A stretch of DNA of 64,000 bases. It comes from Nitrospinales bacterium (GTDB lineage Bacteria > Nitrospinota > Nitrospinia > Nitrospinales > VA-1). A program made the translations under genes and the position numbers. This document shows positions 19,214-29,155 of this stretch, piece by piece. The notes beneath the pieces were generated by a model. It did not search any database. It was given only the letters and a program-made list of their open reading frames with translations, and had not been told where the DNA came from. The stretch's first letter is position 1. Each line of letters begins with the position of its first letter. The stretch lies in the NCBI GenBank assembly GCA_965223795.1, contig CBDCXL010000001.1, forward strand, positions 544,001-608,000, read 5' to 3'.

Positions 19214-21280
19214 CTAAAAATTGAATTTCAATTTTGCATAAAAGCTTCTTTCCGTTTCTGAGTCCGCCTCCAGCAGTTCATTCAATTCTGAATGCTGATC
19301 ATCCAGAATATTTTGCCCGACAAGTGAAATTTCAAGATTTTTATTGGCTTTCCACCCAAGCCGTAAATCCAGCCTGGAATAAGCTTTCACTTTTCTGGAA
19401 TCGTTTTTGCTTGTGAAATAGTACGTGGAATCAAACTCCAGATTGTAGGGTAAATTTAAATAGGAACGGATGTTGAAGTGATGCTTGGGCTCCCCTTCTG
19501 CATCGAGATCTCCTTCGCTGTTAAAGCTGGAAGGTATGAAGGCTCCGTCTTTGGTCGGTCTAAGGTCTGTTTCTATAAACGTATAGCTTCCCGCAACTTT
19601 CCAGTTGCCGCGGATTTTCCATTCGGCTGAAAATTCAACTCCGTAGGATTCTCCTTCCAGAGAATTATCATTCAGAAAAGGAATGACCAGATGGGGGGGC
19701 GCAGGCGTGGCTTCAAAAAACTCGGCTTGTTGGGTTGTCTCGATCAAATCCTCGTATTTGAATAAATAGGCGGTCGTGTCAAACGAAAGATTCGGATTTG
19801 CTTTAAAACGGTGCCCGATTTCAAAAGACAATAATTTTTCCGAATCTGTTCTACCGTCATTGGATTCCTGAAGCAGGATAGGAGGGGCTCCCGGTATGAC
19901 AGCCCGGTTTGCGAATCCCAACTCCTCTGTAATACTCGGAATCCTGACCGCTCTCGAAACGGCGGACCACACAGTGTGCCTGTTGCTGAGAGATGCGATT
20001 GTTCTTATATTCGGCTGAAATTCGAACCCGGAAAATTCATTGTATTCGAACTTCGCCCCGACGATTATACTCCATTTTTCAGGTATGATTGAGATTTCAT
20101 CGTGGAAAAATAATCCTACTAGATTGGTCGCTTTGTTTGGAATTCGAAAAACGTTTGTTTCCTCAAAATTAAAAAAGGAAAAGCGATAATTCAAACCCCA
20201 GACAATGGTTTGGCGTTTACCAAGATTAAAATTGTGCTGCAAATCAACATCAAATTGATCGACAATATTCTGAAAGGGCAACGTGGACCGTCTTTCAAGG
20301 CGGTCGTAGTAGAACTGGGCCTGAATCGAGGAGGTGTCGTCCAGATTATGGGTCCAGCGGGAAAGGAAATTGGCCCCTTTTTGGATGGTGCCGCCGCTGA
20401 AGGGGCCGGATCCCTCGGCTATGGAAATGAAGCGGCTTTTAAAATCCAACTCCGCATTCAAATCATAATAATCTCCCTGAACGGTGAGATTATTTCGAGG
20501 ATTCAATTGAAAATCCCCCCTGAATCCCCCCTGAGACATGATCTTGTCATCGAACGAGTCCGAACCATCCACCTTTTTGCCATCATCGCGGCTTCTATAT
20601 TTCCCATACATCCTGAACGCATTTTGTTCTCCCCATTTGAAGCCGTATCGGACCGTTGCGAATCCCCGCTCTTCCGTTCCCAGGCCGCCTGAAATCATCC
20701 AACCCGGTGTCTTGCGGGAATCCTTTGTGATGATATTGATGACACCTGCCACGGCGTTTGAACCCCAAAGGGCGGCTCCCGGGCCTCGAATCACCTCAAT
20801 GCGATCGATGTCTTCCAGCACCGTATCCTGGCCAATCCAGAAAACACCCGAAGCGGAAGGGCTGTAAACGGTTCGATTGTCGATCAGCACCAGCAGCTTA
20901 TCGGAACCTAGCCTTCTGTTGAAACCACGGATCGATATGGCATACCGGTTTTGATTGATTTTCGATACCTGAACGCCGGGGACGATTCTCAATGCTTCCA
21001 TGATGTTCACCGCACCCGTTCTGCGGATATCTTCCTGAGTCACGACAAATACGGCGGAGGCGGTGTCGTGCAGCAACTGGGGCCTTTTGCTTGGACTCGT
21101 CACGATCACATCGGTCTGAAGCAGGTCCTTGACACTCAACTGCAGGATTTGCAGCTGCTCCTTAGAGAGTGTTTTTCTTTCTTCTGAGAAGACATTTTGA
21201 GGGAGGAAAAGGAAAAATAACGCAGCGGCAAAAAAAGAAGAAAGCCTCTCCTTCGAGGGGGGATGACAATAAAAAAACAT
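19214..21280 (-). CDS. TonB-dependent receptor
   Basis: Plug motifs LRIVPGV, ISIRGF, IDRIEVIRGPGAALWGSNAVAGVINIITK; barrel ending in Phe. Confidence 0.93.
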   Translation of the reverse strand: MFFYCHPPSKERLSSFFAAALFFLFLPQNVFSEERKTLSKEQLQILQLSVKDLLQTDVIVTSPSKRPQLLHDTASAVFVVTQEDIRRTGAVNIMEALRIVPGVQVSKINQNRYAISIRGFNRRLGSDKLLVLIDNRTVYSPSASGVFWIGQDTVLEDIDRIEVIRGPGAALWGSNAVAGVINIITKDSRKTPGWMISGGLGTEERGFATVRYGFKWGEQNAFRMYGKYRSRDDGKKVDGSDSFDDKIMSQGGFRGDFQLNPRNNLTVQGDYYDLNAELDFKSRFISIAEGSGPFSGGTIQKGANFLSRWTHNLDDTSSIQAQFYYDRLERRSTLPFQNIVDQFDVDLQHNFNLGKRQTIVWGLNYRFSFFNFEETNVFRIPNKATNLVGLFFHDEISIIPEKWSIIVGAKFEYNEFSGFEFQPNIRTIASLSNRHTVWSAVSRAVRIPSITEELGFANRAVIPGAPPILLQESNDGRTDSEKLLSFEIGHRFKANPNLSFDTTAYLFKYEDLIETTQQAEFFEATPAPPHLVIPFLNDNSLEGESYGVEFSAEWKIRGNWKVAGSYTFIETDLRPTKDGAFIPSSFNSEGDLDAEGEPKHHFNIRSYLNLPYNLEFDSTYYFTSKNDSRKVKAYSRLDLRLGWKANKNLEISLVGQNILDDQHSELNELLEADSETERSFYAKLKFNF

Positions 21281-21617
21281 TATTTTTCGTGTAAATGATC
21301 AAGCGGACACAGAAAATCGAATTTCTGGAACCCGAAAGGTAAAGGATTCAATTTTTAGCGCAATCATATCTCAATAAAATTTTTATGATAATAGTTTCTT
21401 TTAAATCTGCGCTGTTCGCCTTCCCCCTAGCATATTCCCCCATCCGATATTCAGAAATACCAATACACAATCAGAGCTAATTCGGAAAACCAATATTAAT
21501 AATAGGTTAAGTGTCATTGCGCCTGCATTTAATGTGTGGACATGTTTTTCTGATAAGTGGTATACGGAACCCAGGCAGCGTGTCGGGGGAAAACTTCAAA
21601 CCTTGTGGAGGTATAAA

Positions 21618-21830
21618 ATGGCACACACAGAGTTGCAGGAAGCAATCGAACGGTTGACCCTGGATGAGGATTACCGGAAATCGCTGGTGTCCGATTCCGA
21701 AAAAATCATGGTCGATTATGGATTGGATGAAGACGGTATGCTGGCCATTCGATCCGTCGATGCCATCGGGATTCAAAAGGACCATTTGAGGCCCGTTGCG
21801 ATTTGCTGCACTTGCTGGGCCGCAGAGTGA
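21618..21830 (+). CDS. RiPP precursor peptide (NHLP-clan/Os1348-like leader, Cys-rich C-terminal core)
   Basis: GGAGG RBS; MAHTELQEAIERLTLDEDYRKSLVSDSEKIMVDYGLDEDG leader; tail RPVAICCTCWAAE; directly upstream of TOMM enzymes. Confidence 0.8.
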   Translation: MAHTELQEAIERLTLDEDYRKSLVSDSEKIMVDYGLDEDGMLAIRSVDAIGIQKDHLRPVAICCTCWAAE

Positions 21831-21923
21831 ATGCGTCATCATCAGATTCAATGGTTTCACAGCAACCTGAATTGCCTCAATAAAGATCTGAAATTTTTGC
21901 TCCCGATGCAGTGAGAGGGCGGA

Positions 21924-22988
21924 ATGAAATCGGCTTTAAAATACGCGACGATTCCTTTACCGGAAAAGCCCAGACTGGCACCCTGGGTGACGGTGATCGA
22001 TTTGGGAGACGACCGGATTCAATTCCGGGGAGCTGAATTCGCTTTCACGCTCCGGCACGATCTCTTCATCGGTGCGTTTGAAGCCGTCCGCCCCCTTCTG
22101 AACGGTCAGCATAAATTGGAAGAGATCACGGCTTCAGGCGGTGAAATTTATTTACCCACAACGATTTCCTTCCTGCTTAAGATTCTTCGTGCAAACGGAC
22201 TTTTGCAGGAAGGAAACGTCCCCCCTCCATTCCCTCTCAATCCCGAAGACCTTACGGAATATGAAAAGCAGATTCAGTTTTTCTCGCATTATTTGAACAA
22301 TCCGGTGGGAGCATTGGCATCGCTGCGTGAAGCTCGAATTGCCCTGATCGGTGAGGAAATTCTATTGGAGGCCATACAGAATGCGTTGGCAGGCATGGGG
22401 GCGCGTCCCGTCACGCTCGACTTTGAAAGCCTGGAGTCGATGTTTTCTTCGCGGCTGAAGAAAAGCGACAAGGCTTCTGCCGGGAACCTGAACTATTTGA
22501 TCGCCTGCGAGAGATCGCCGTCCTTTCAGTTTTTTGAAAAAATCAATGCTCTCTGTCTGGAGCAACAGATGCGCTGGATTCGGGTTGCTTTAGAAGGAAC
22601 CACGGCAGTCATGGGGCCGGCTATCATACCGCATCAGTCCGCCTGTTATGTTTGCTATGAAGGACGGATCGCCTCCAATATTCAGGAGCAGGAAGAATAC
22701 CTTGCCTTCAAAGAACACCTCGAAAATAATTCCCCACACCCCGACGAGGGCTTTCCGCTCCCCCTGATAGACGTGGTTGCAGGCCAGACCGCTCTTGAGG
22801 TGGTGAGACAGATCACGGGATTCGCGCCGCCCCATACCATCGGTCGGTTCTACGAATTCAAAAGCATCTCGCCTGCCGGCGTCGGACACACCGTTCTGCG
22901 GCTACCCCGCTGCCCGGCCTGCCATTCGTCACAACCCAGGCAGGAAGCCTGGGACCAGACCATTTTTCTTTCAAAGCAGGCCCCTTGA
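21924..22988 (+). CDS. TOMM leader-binding E1/ThiF-like cyclodehydratase partner
   Basis: N-terminal RRE-like region (LLNGQH..EEI...LRANGLL), MGPAIIP..SACYVC, LRLPRCPAC. Confidence 0.85.
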   Translation: MKSALKYATIPLPEKPRLAPWVTVIDLGDDRIQFRGAEFAFTLRHDLFIGAFEAVRPLLNGQHKLEEITASGGEIYLPTTISFLLKILRANGLLQEGNVPPPFPLNPEDLTEYEKQIQFFSHYLNNPVGALASLREARIALIGEEILLEAIQNALAGMGARPVTLDFESLESMFSSRLKKSDKASAGNLNYLIACERSPSFQFFEKINALCLEQQMRWIRVALEGTTAVMGPAIIPHQSACYVCYEGRIASNIQEQEEYLAFKEHLENNSPHPDEGFPLPLIDVVAGQTALEVVRQITGFAPPHTIGRFYEFKSISPAGVGHTVLRLPRCPACHSSQPRQEAWDQTIFLSKQAP

Positions 22989-24355
22989 ACCCTTCACTCA
23001 TATCCCTCAAGAACCTGAAGGAGGGTCCGGACACTCTAATTTCAGAAGGGCTGAAGCGCGCCCAGCGGCTGGTGAGCGATCGTTCGGGGGTCATCTCCAA
23101 GGTCGATTTTGAAGAGCTTTTTCCCGGTGAGCCACAGGTGTTTTTCTCTCATAGTGAACCGGCGGACATGTCCGCCTTTTGCGGGCAGAAGGCCTTAAAT
23201 TATGGCGATGCCGCTTCGGTAGACCCGGACCGCGCCATCATGAAGGCGATCGGAGAAAGCGTCGAGAGATACTGTTCCGGCCAATATGATAAAGAAGAAA
23301 TGCCGATTGCCACCTATGAGGAAATGGGCGAGGAAGCCGTCGATCCACGATCCTTTGCCCTGTTCAGCGATCAACAATACGCGGCCCCGGACTTCCCTTT
23401 CACGCCACTCACACCCCGAACCCCGATCCGTTGGACACTGGGTTTTTCCCTGCGCGATGAAACACCGCGCTGGGTTCCGGCTGCTTTTGTCTATGTGCCG
23501 TATCAATTCGACAGGCCCGGGGAGCCCGTGTTTTTCAATCCCATCTCCACAGGTCTGGCCTGCGGGACCACTTTGACGGCGGCGTTGTACAAGAGCATCC
23601 TGGAAGTGATCGAACGCGATTTTTTCATGATCGTGTGGAAGAACCGGCTGCCCGTTCGCCGAATCGATCCCTGGAGTTCGCGGGATCCCTTTGTCCGGCA
23701 ACTGCTGGAGGCTCTGCCAGAAATATCTCTCGAATGCCAGGCGAACTACCTGGCTCTCGACATGGATGTGGCAGTGATCTCCGTGCTATTCAAAACACGC
23801 ATCGACACAACGCCCCATACCATTATGGGCATCGGCGCCGATCTTGATCCCGACCGGGCCCTCATCCAGGCCCTGGAGGAAGCGTACCTGACTTTTCTTG
23901 GAATGCATCGATACGCCCTTTTGAAGGAGGACTTCAAACCCGATCCCGATTTCGGCAATATCACGACACCCACTTTGCACGCGCTGGCCCATGCGGTGAG
24001 CCCCTCTCTTCGACCGACCACGGATTTTCTCAAGACCTCGAAGACAATACTTCCCATGTCCGAGCTTGCCAATGAATCGACGGGCAGCCGCATCAAGGAT
24101 GTCAAGAAACTGATCGCGATGCTGGGAAAACAGGGGCTGGATGTCATCAGCTTCGATCTGACGACAGAGGATATCGACGATGCCGGGTTCAAGGTCGTCC
24201 GCTCCATCATTCCCGGCATGCAGCCATTGGACAACAACCACGGCAGGCGCTACCTCGGCGGCCGCAGACTGTATGATGTGCCCGTGAATCTGGGCTTGTT
24301 GAGCGAATCCTTAACAGAAAAAAAACTCAATCCGCATCCTCATCCCTTTCCATAA
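22985..24355 (+). CDS. YcaO cyclodehydratase (azoline-forming type)
   Basis: KAIGESVERY, STGLACG, LEVIERD, ALEEA, C-terminal PHPHPFP. Confidence 0.95.
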   Translation: MNPSLISLKNLKEGPDTLISEGLKRAQRLVSDRSGVISKVDFEELFPGEPQVFFSHSEPADMSAFCGQKALNYGDAASVDPDRAIMKAIGESVERYCSGQYDKEEMPIATYEEMGEEAVDPRSFALFSDQQYAAPDFPFTPLTPRTPIRWTLGFSLRDETPRWVPAAFVYVPYQFDRPGEPVFFNPISTGLACGTTLTAALYKSILEVIERDFFMIVWKNRLPVRRIDPWSSRDPFVRQLLEALPEISLECQANYLALDMDVAVISVLFKTRIDTTPHTIMGIGADLDPDRALIQALEEAYLTFLGMHRYALLKEDFKPDPDFGNITTPTLHALAHAVSPSLRPTTDFLKTSKTILPMSELANESTGSRIKDVKKLIAMLGKQGLDVISFDLTTEDIDDAGFKVVRSIIPGMQPLDNNHGRRYLGGRRLYDVPVNLGLLSESLTEKKLNPHPHPFP

Positions 24356-24375
24356 CCCCATTCGGAGATGTCACC

Positions 24376-25200
24376 ATGACAGGAATCATCGTTCAACCTG
24401 CAGAGATCGGCCCGAAAAAAGAATCATCGGCGGCCGTGTCCGTTTCCGAGCTCTTTCATGAAAACACCAAGCTGCAGCCGTCTCTGCCTGCGGATATGAT
24501 CGCGGCGGGCAGCTACACGGATGCGGAAATTCAGGCCATGTCCAGGGGGTTCAAGCAGTACAAACTGTTTCCGCAAATTCCGTTGCCATCCAGAGAGGAA
24601 TGGTCGCCGGTCAAGCGGAGTTACGACGATGTGATCGAATCGCGCAGGTCGGTGAGAGAATTCTCAGATTGCGAAATGAAACTCGAGGATCTTTCCAGGG
24701 TGCTGCACCAGAGCTACGGCATCACCGGAGAAATCCGGCGGCCGGAGGACGGGACGCTCCCCCTGCGTGCGGCTCCTTCGGGAGGCGCTCTCTATCCCGC
24801 TGAAATTTATCTGGGCATTCGCAATGTTTCCGGACTCCAACCTGGCATTTATCACTACAACGTCCCCGACCATGCGCTGGAGCTTCTGATTTCCGGGGAT
24901 CCTGCATCATCGCTCTTTGAGATCTGCTGCGGACAGAAGTACGTCCGGCAGGCGGCGGCCACGGTTCTCATATCCGGCGTGCTGCAACGTACCAAGCGGA
25001 AATATGGAGAAAGAGGTTACCGCTACGTCCTTCTGGACATCGGGCATCTCGGACAGAATATTTATCTTGCCTGCACCGCATTGGACCTTGCCGTGATGAC
25101 GACCTGCGGGTTTTATGACGACAGGGCCAACCAGCTGCTCAGCCTGGATGGCATCCAGGAAACCATGATGTATGTGGCTTTTTTAGGACCTAGAAATTGA
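24376..25200 (+). CDS. SagB/ThcOx-family FMN-dependent azoline dehydrogenase
   Basis: RRSVREF, RAAPSGGALYP, KYGERGYRYVLLDIGHLGQN. Confidence 0.93.
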   Translation: MTGIIVQPAEIGPKKESSAAVSVSELFHENTKLQPSLPADMIAAGSYTDAEIQAMSRGFKQYKLFPQIPLPSREEWSPVKRSYDDVIESRRSVREFSDCEMKLEDLSRVLHQSYGITGEIRRPEDGTLPLRAAPSGGALYPAEIYLGIRNVSGLQPGIYHYNVPDHALELLISGDPASSLFEICCGQKYVRQAAATVLISGVLQRTKRKYGERGYRYVLLDIGHLGQNIYLACTALDLAVMTTCGFYDDRANQLLSLDGIQETMMYVAFLGPRN

Positions 25201-25378
25201 TTTTGGAAGAAGTGAATTTCGCCCCTCCGCTTTTGGCGGGATTTTGAGTTGTTCGCCCGCTTTCAGTCCCCTACCCTGCCATCCTATATGTGTGACTCGT
25301 GTTTAAGGGCCGGGGGATCTGTGTCGATGCAAGCGCCCGCCTCAGGTTGGAAATAGAATCATTACTAAGGGAGTGGAA

Positions 25379-26455
25379 ATGTCAAAAAGCAACCGGAGAG
25401 ACTTTCTAAAAAAACTCACGTTGGGATCTTCCGCCCTGGCCGGAATGACGGCATTCCCGGCATTGGCCTTTGCGGCAAAACAATCCGAACAACGTGTCGC
25501 GATGGGTGTCTTCGACCGTTATGTGACCAAACACGGAAACGATAACAACGACGGCCTCTCGTGGCAGACCGCCAAGCTGACTGTGAATGGTGCGGTCTCT
25601 TCATTGCCAGATGAGGCTTCCGGCGTTGAACAGCGAAAGCACGGAGACGTGTTCATCGCCAACGGGAAGTACATCGAGGACGACACGATTGAGATGTCCT
25701 CGAACATCCGGTTTCACGGGTCCGGTGTCCCCAACGACCCCACCGCTGTGAATGGCACCATCATCAAGCTGGCGGACGGGGTGAACAAACATCTGTTCGG
25801 CCCGCGTGCCACTTTCAAGGATTATGCACATGCGGTGATCCTCAGCAATCTGCTTCTCGACGGCAACCGCGACAACCAGACAGAAACCGATATTGATATC
25901 CTGCATTTTGAGAAACCCGGATTCAACACGTCCGTTCAAAATGTCCATTTCCACAATGCCAAACGGACCGCCATCTACGTGAATGAAGTCGCGATCAATC
26001 TGCATGGGTTCAACGTGACTGGAGCCAGTTGCGGCGGGTTTCTGTTTGTCAATTCGGTTGCCAACGCCAACTTAGGGATGATTTCCTTTTACGGAGTTCA
26101 GATCGACGATTGCGGGCCTTATCCCTTTGAGATTGAATCCCTCAGCAACGGAGTCAACCAGCTGGCAATACACGGTCTGGAATCAGAAGCAAGCCTTGCC
26201 GGAGAACATCAAGCCATTATTCGGTACATACCCAAAGGGGGAGCCAATGGCTGGTATTTCACGCTGGATGCCTTTGCCTGCTGGCGGGCGGTGGAAAATA
26301 TCGGCTCAGGACAGGCTGTTTTATTGATAGAGAACGGGACGGGAGGCTGGCCGCACGGCTCTTACCGGAGTTTGATCCAGGACAACTACGACCACGTGTA
26401 CCGCAATCGGCAAAACGGTGCGACAAATTCTGAAAGGACCTGGTTTACTTTTTAG
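25379..26455 (+). CDS. Tat-exported right-handed beta-helix (pectate-lyase-like) protein
   Basis: SNRRDFLK twin-arginine signal; YVTKHGNDNNDGLSW, GDVFIANGKY, IRFHGSG, LSNLLLDGN. Confidence 0.75.
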   Translation: MSKSNRRDFLKKLTLGSSALAGMTAFPALAFAAKQSEQRVAMGVFDRYVTKHGNDNNDGLSWQTAKLTVNGAVSSLPDEASGVEQRKHGDVFIANGKYIEDDTIEMSSNIRFHGSGVPNDPTAVNGTIIKLADGVNKHLFGPRATFKDYAHAVILSNLLLDGNRDNQTETDIDILHFEKPGFNTSVQNVHFHNAKRTAIYVNEVAINLHGFNVTGASCGGFLFVNSVANANLGMISFYGVQIDDCGPYPFEIESLSNGVNQLAIHGLESEASLAGEHQAIIRYIPKGGANGWYFTLDAFACWRAVENIGSGQAVLLIENGTGGWPHGSYRSLIQDNYDHVYRNRQNGATNSERTWFTF

Positions 26456-26636
26456 AAGAGCTTCTCCTGATGTTTGCACTTTTAAAAAAGCAAAATCGGT
26501 AAGTTGAATTCCGGGACTGAGAAAACCGACGATATTAAAAAAACCGGGCCCCAAAGAATCCGGCAATCTAGTTGCTATCAAGTCTAGTAAAATTTTTATC
26601 CGCTCTTTGTAATTCCCAAACGCTTTTAGTGATTCA

Positions 26637-26755
26637 ATGCATGGTTGTATGCATGGAACCATGCACTCCTTTTCGATAAATAAATTCCATCCAATCGATA
26701 AGTCTCCACAAACAAATCGAAATATTTTAAAAATAGATTTGGCATATCTATTGCT
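26637..26755 (+). promoter_or_regulatory. Sigma54-type promoter with upstream ATGCATGG repeats
   Basis: TGGCAT-ATCTA-TTGCT at 26740-26755; ATGCA at 26637, 26649, 26661; AT-rich spacer. Confidence 0.65.
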
Positions 26756-26824
26756 AGATAATATGCAAGCCAATACCCCCTTATTGAGCCCTCATTAATA
26801 ATCACTCATTAAGGAGGTTTAACA

Positions 26825-27229
26825 ATGAAAACATCAATTCAGTTAAAGGGAATCGCACTGGCAGTAGTCATGACTATTTCGATGATTGGTGACACGGCGT
26901 ACGGTGCAACATCGAAGAGGGGCTTACAGACAAATCCGACGACTATGAATTCACATTCAGGGTCGAATTGGGGACAATATCTACATTGTCTCAAATTGCA
27001 GAAAAGCGGGAACAGGATTTTTTGTGCAAAACCCGTCAGTCCCCCGGCATTCCACCCACCCAAATATGGATTTGGACCTGGTTTGCTGCCTCCAAATCAA
27101 TATTCAAGTTATCCCAAGTTCGAGATTACCAACCCATGCGGCCAAAAAATCGACAGGATGACCCAAGATGGCTGCATGGCAGGAGAAACCCCTGAAATTC
27201 GCATAGTGAAACCTCCTACGCAGAATTGA
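26825..27229 (+). CDS. Secreted hypothetical protein, 4 Cys, Pro-rich
   Basis: AAGGAGG RBS; Sec-type signal peptide. Confidence 0.65.
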   Translation: MKTSIQLKGIALAVVMTISMIGDTAYGATSKRGLQTNPTTMNSHSGSNWGQYLHCLKLQKSGNRIFCAKPVSPPAFHPPKYGFGPGLLPPNQYSSYPKFEITNPCGQKIDRMTQDGCMAGETPEIRIVKPPTQN

Positions 27230-27364
27230 CTGTCAGCATCGAAACGGTAAAAGAAACGAATTGATTCACGGTTAATTTTCTGGCCTCCTGACCCAATTTT
27301 GTTTGGGGGATCTCGCAGGAATTTTTATGGTTCATGAGCTCGAAGGTTTCTGGGGTAGCGGGTG

Positions 27365-27390
27365 TCGACTCCTCTCGGGCGTGCCATTTA
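27365..27390 (+). repeat. att site: duplicate of tRNA-Arg 3' end
   Basis: Identical to 9541-9566. Confidence 0.9.
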
Positions 27391-27517
27391 TAAACAGGCC
27401 TTGGGCGGATTCCCGCCGGGTTGCCTGTTTTGCCTTTCGCGTCTATTCTGTTTCCGCTGGGCACTATTCATGAGATTTTGATCTTACTTTCCATTGTGTG
27501 ATTTCTTCTTAGGGAAA

Positions 27518-27985
27518 ATGGAGCAGTTAGTTTATCGAGCCATGAAACCTGATGAAGCGCAAAAGGTCTGTAATCTGGTGCGTCAGGTGTTCGACAAAAA
27601 AATCCGGCGGGAATTTGGACAGGAAGGTGTGGACGAGTTCTTCCGCTTCGCCAATGCCAGCGCCATGCAGGATCGGATTCAGTCCGGCGGCTTCGTCCTG
27701 GTGGCCTGGTCATCGGATGAGCCCGTTGGCATGCTGGAATTTGTACCGCCTGACCGGATCGCCATGCTGTTTGTCCTGCTTGAAGGAAAAGGAATCGCGA
27801 AAGAGCTGCTGGCCCAAGCAGTCACTAAGGCGCGGTCCGAAAATCCGGACATGGACAAGCTGACCGTCCATGCGTCCCGTTATGCGGAACCGATCTACCG
27901 GAAACTTGGGTTTCGTCCAGCCGGAGGTATGAGGACAGAATGCGGGATCTCTTACATTCCTATGGAACGGATTGTTCAGGTTTGA
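27518..27985 (+). CDS. GNAT acetyltransferase
   Basis: IAMLFV...GKGIAKELL...LTVHASRYAEPIYRKLGF. Confidence 0.85.
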   Translation: MEQLVYRAMKPDEAQKVCNLVRQVFDKKIRREFGQEGVDEFFRFANASAMQDRIQSGGFVLVAWSSDEPVGMLEFVPPDRIAMLFVLLEGKGIAKELLAQAVTKARSENPDMDKLTVHASRYAEPIYRKLGFRPAGGMRTECGISYIPMERIVQV

Positions 27986-28059
27986 TTTTTTAAGTAGGCC
28001 TCGTCGAGGCTGGACGGTTGTCTGCTTCAGGACGATTGCAGCCGTTCGGCAGGACCCGT

Positions 28060-28833
28060 TCAGCGGAGGACGCTGGTTAATTTCTTATCCCGTCGGGACC
28101 AGAATTTTTTGTGGGCAGGCAGCCTGTATGCCACTAATTGATTGAAGGCAAGAACCGCATAGATGAAGGCGTAGTTGGTTTCCTTAAGCTCATTGATGGA
28201 TCTCATGAACTTGCTGGGGGAACCGAGGAAGGAATGATTGAACGTGTGGAAGACAACGTAGTTCGCCAGAACCAGTCCGCCCATCCATAAGGGAATGACG
28301 GGCATTTGGATTTTCTTAATAAATTGACGCAGCGCCGCTGAATAACGATCCATAAGCGGAATTGCGATGAAAATGAAAAATGTAAAAATCGTGAACAGCC
28401 GGGTGAGGACGAACAATTTCTCGAATCCGGATTTTTTACTTCCATCCACATTGTCCGCGTAAAACATCCAGAGGTTGTGGACGTTGGTCTCCTGCTGGGC
28501 GTTTATTTTTTTTAACGCCTCCGGAGTTTCCCAGTCCCAGATGCGCTGCCCCCAACTGATCTCTTCCCCAAAGCAGACAAAGAGAATGATTGCCAGAAGC
28601 AGATAGTAGTATTTTGAAGGGCTCTGCGGTACGGGGATATCATTTTCCCGGTTCGTTTTGCCCGCTAATACGAAACAAACAAACAGCATGCAGGATGCTA
28701 ACAGAAAAAAACCTGCCCCCAGGCTTTCAATCCATCCATCTTCTTGTCCCAGCGCAATGACGCTTTCCGGATCGAGAAACGAATAGAAATAGGAAGTTAT
28801 GAGTACGGCAAAGATCAGGAGCTTGATTTTCAT
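28060..28833 (-). CDS. Integral membrane protein of unknown function
   Basis: Multi-TM; EDGWIE, FGEEISWGQR, QQETNVHN motifs. Confidence 0.75.
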   Translation of the reverse strand: MKIKLLIFAVLITSYFYSFLDPESVIALGQEDGWIESLGAGFFLLASCMLFVCFVLAGKTNRENDIPVPQSPSKYYYLLLAIILFVCFGEEISWGQRIWDWETPEALKKINAQQETNVHNLWMFYADNVDGSKKSGFEKLFVLTRLFTIFTFFIFIAIPLMDRYSAALRQFIKKIQMPVIPLWMGGLVLANYVVFHTFNHSFLGSPSKFMRSINELKETNYAFIYAVLAFNQLVAYRLPAHKKFWSRRDKKLTSVLR

Positions 28834-29155
28834 CTCAGCAGATCCTTTAAAAGAATGCTATCCATCCACCAAGATATTGAAGGTCCATCACAGCCCGGTT
28901 CGGGTTCTGTCACGGTTGTGTCAATAAGCCTAAAAAGATTCAGCCGTATGAGGAGTCTCTGACGGAGGTGTGATTTTGCAATGGAAATAGCCGGGTATTT
29001 TTTCGGGCCGGGGCGAAAGACCGAAGCTCTGGCGGGATTTTAAGCGGCATGCGGCTGCCGATGGAAGCAGTCAACCCCCGGTTTTACAGGTATTTTTGAC
29101 ACAACCGGGATTTTTCCCGCCGTATTCCATGTCCTGAACGTTTCCGGATTCCGCT

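Larger units (their letters stand above)
9541..27390. mobile_element. tRNA-Arg-integrated genomic island, no integrase visible
   Basis: Exact 26-bp direct repeat TCGACTCCTCTCGGGCGTGCCATTTA at 9541-9566 and 27365-27390; sharp AT enrichment after the tRNA; accessory cargo. Confidence 0.85.

Noticed and set aside
21828..21914. Selenocysteine or readthrough at the precursor TGA
   Set aside because: Short in-frame continuation but no convincing SECIS hairpin; TGA is a common stop in this window
26321..26773. 150-aa minus-strand ORF
   Set aside because: Overlaps the beta-helix gene end and the sigma54-type promoter region; not protein-like
27330..27390. Second tRNA gene
   Set aside because: Only the T-loop-to-CCA part is present; it is the att duplicate
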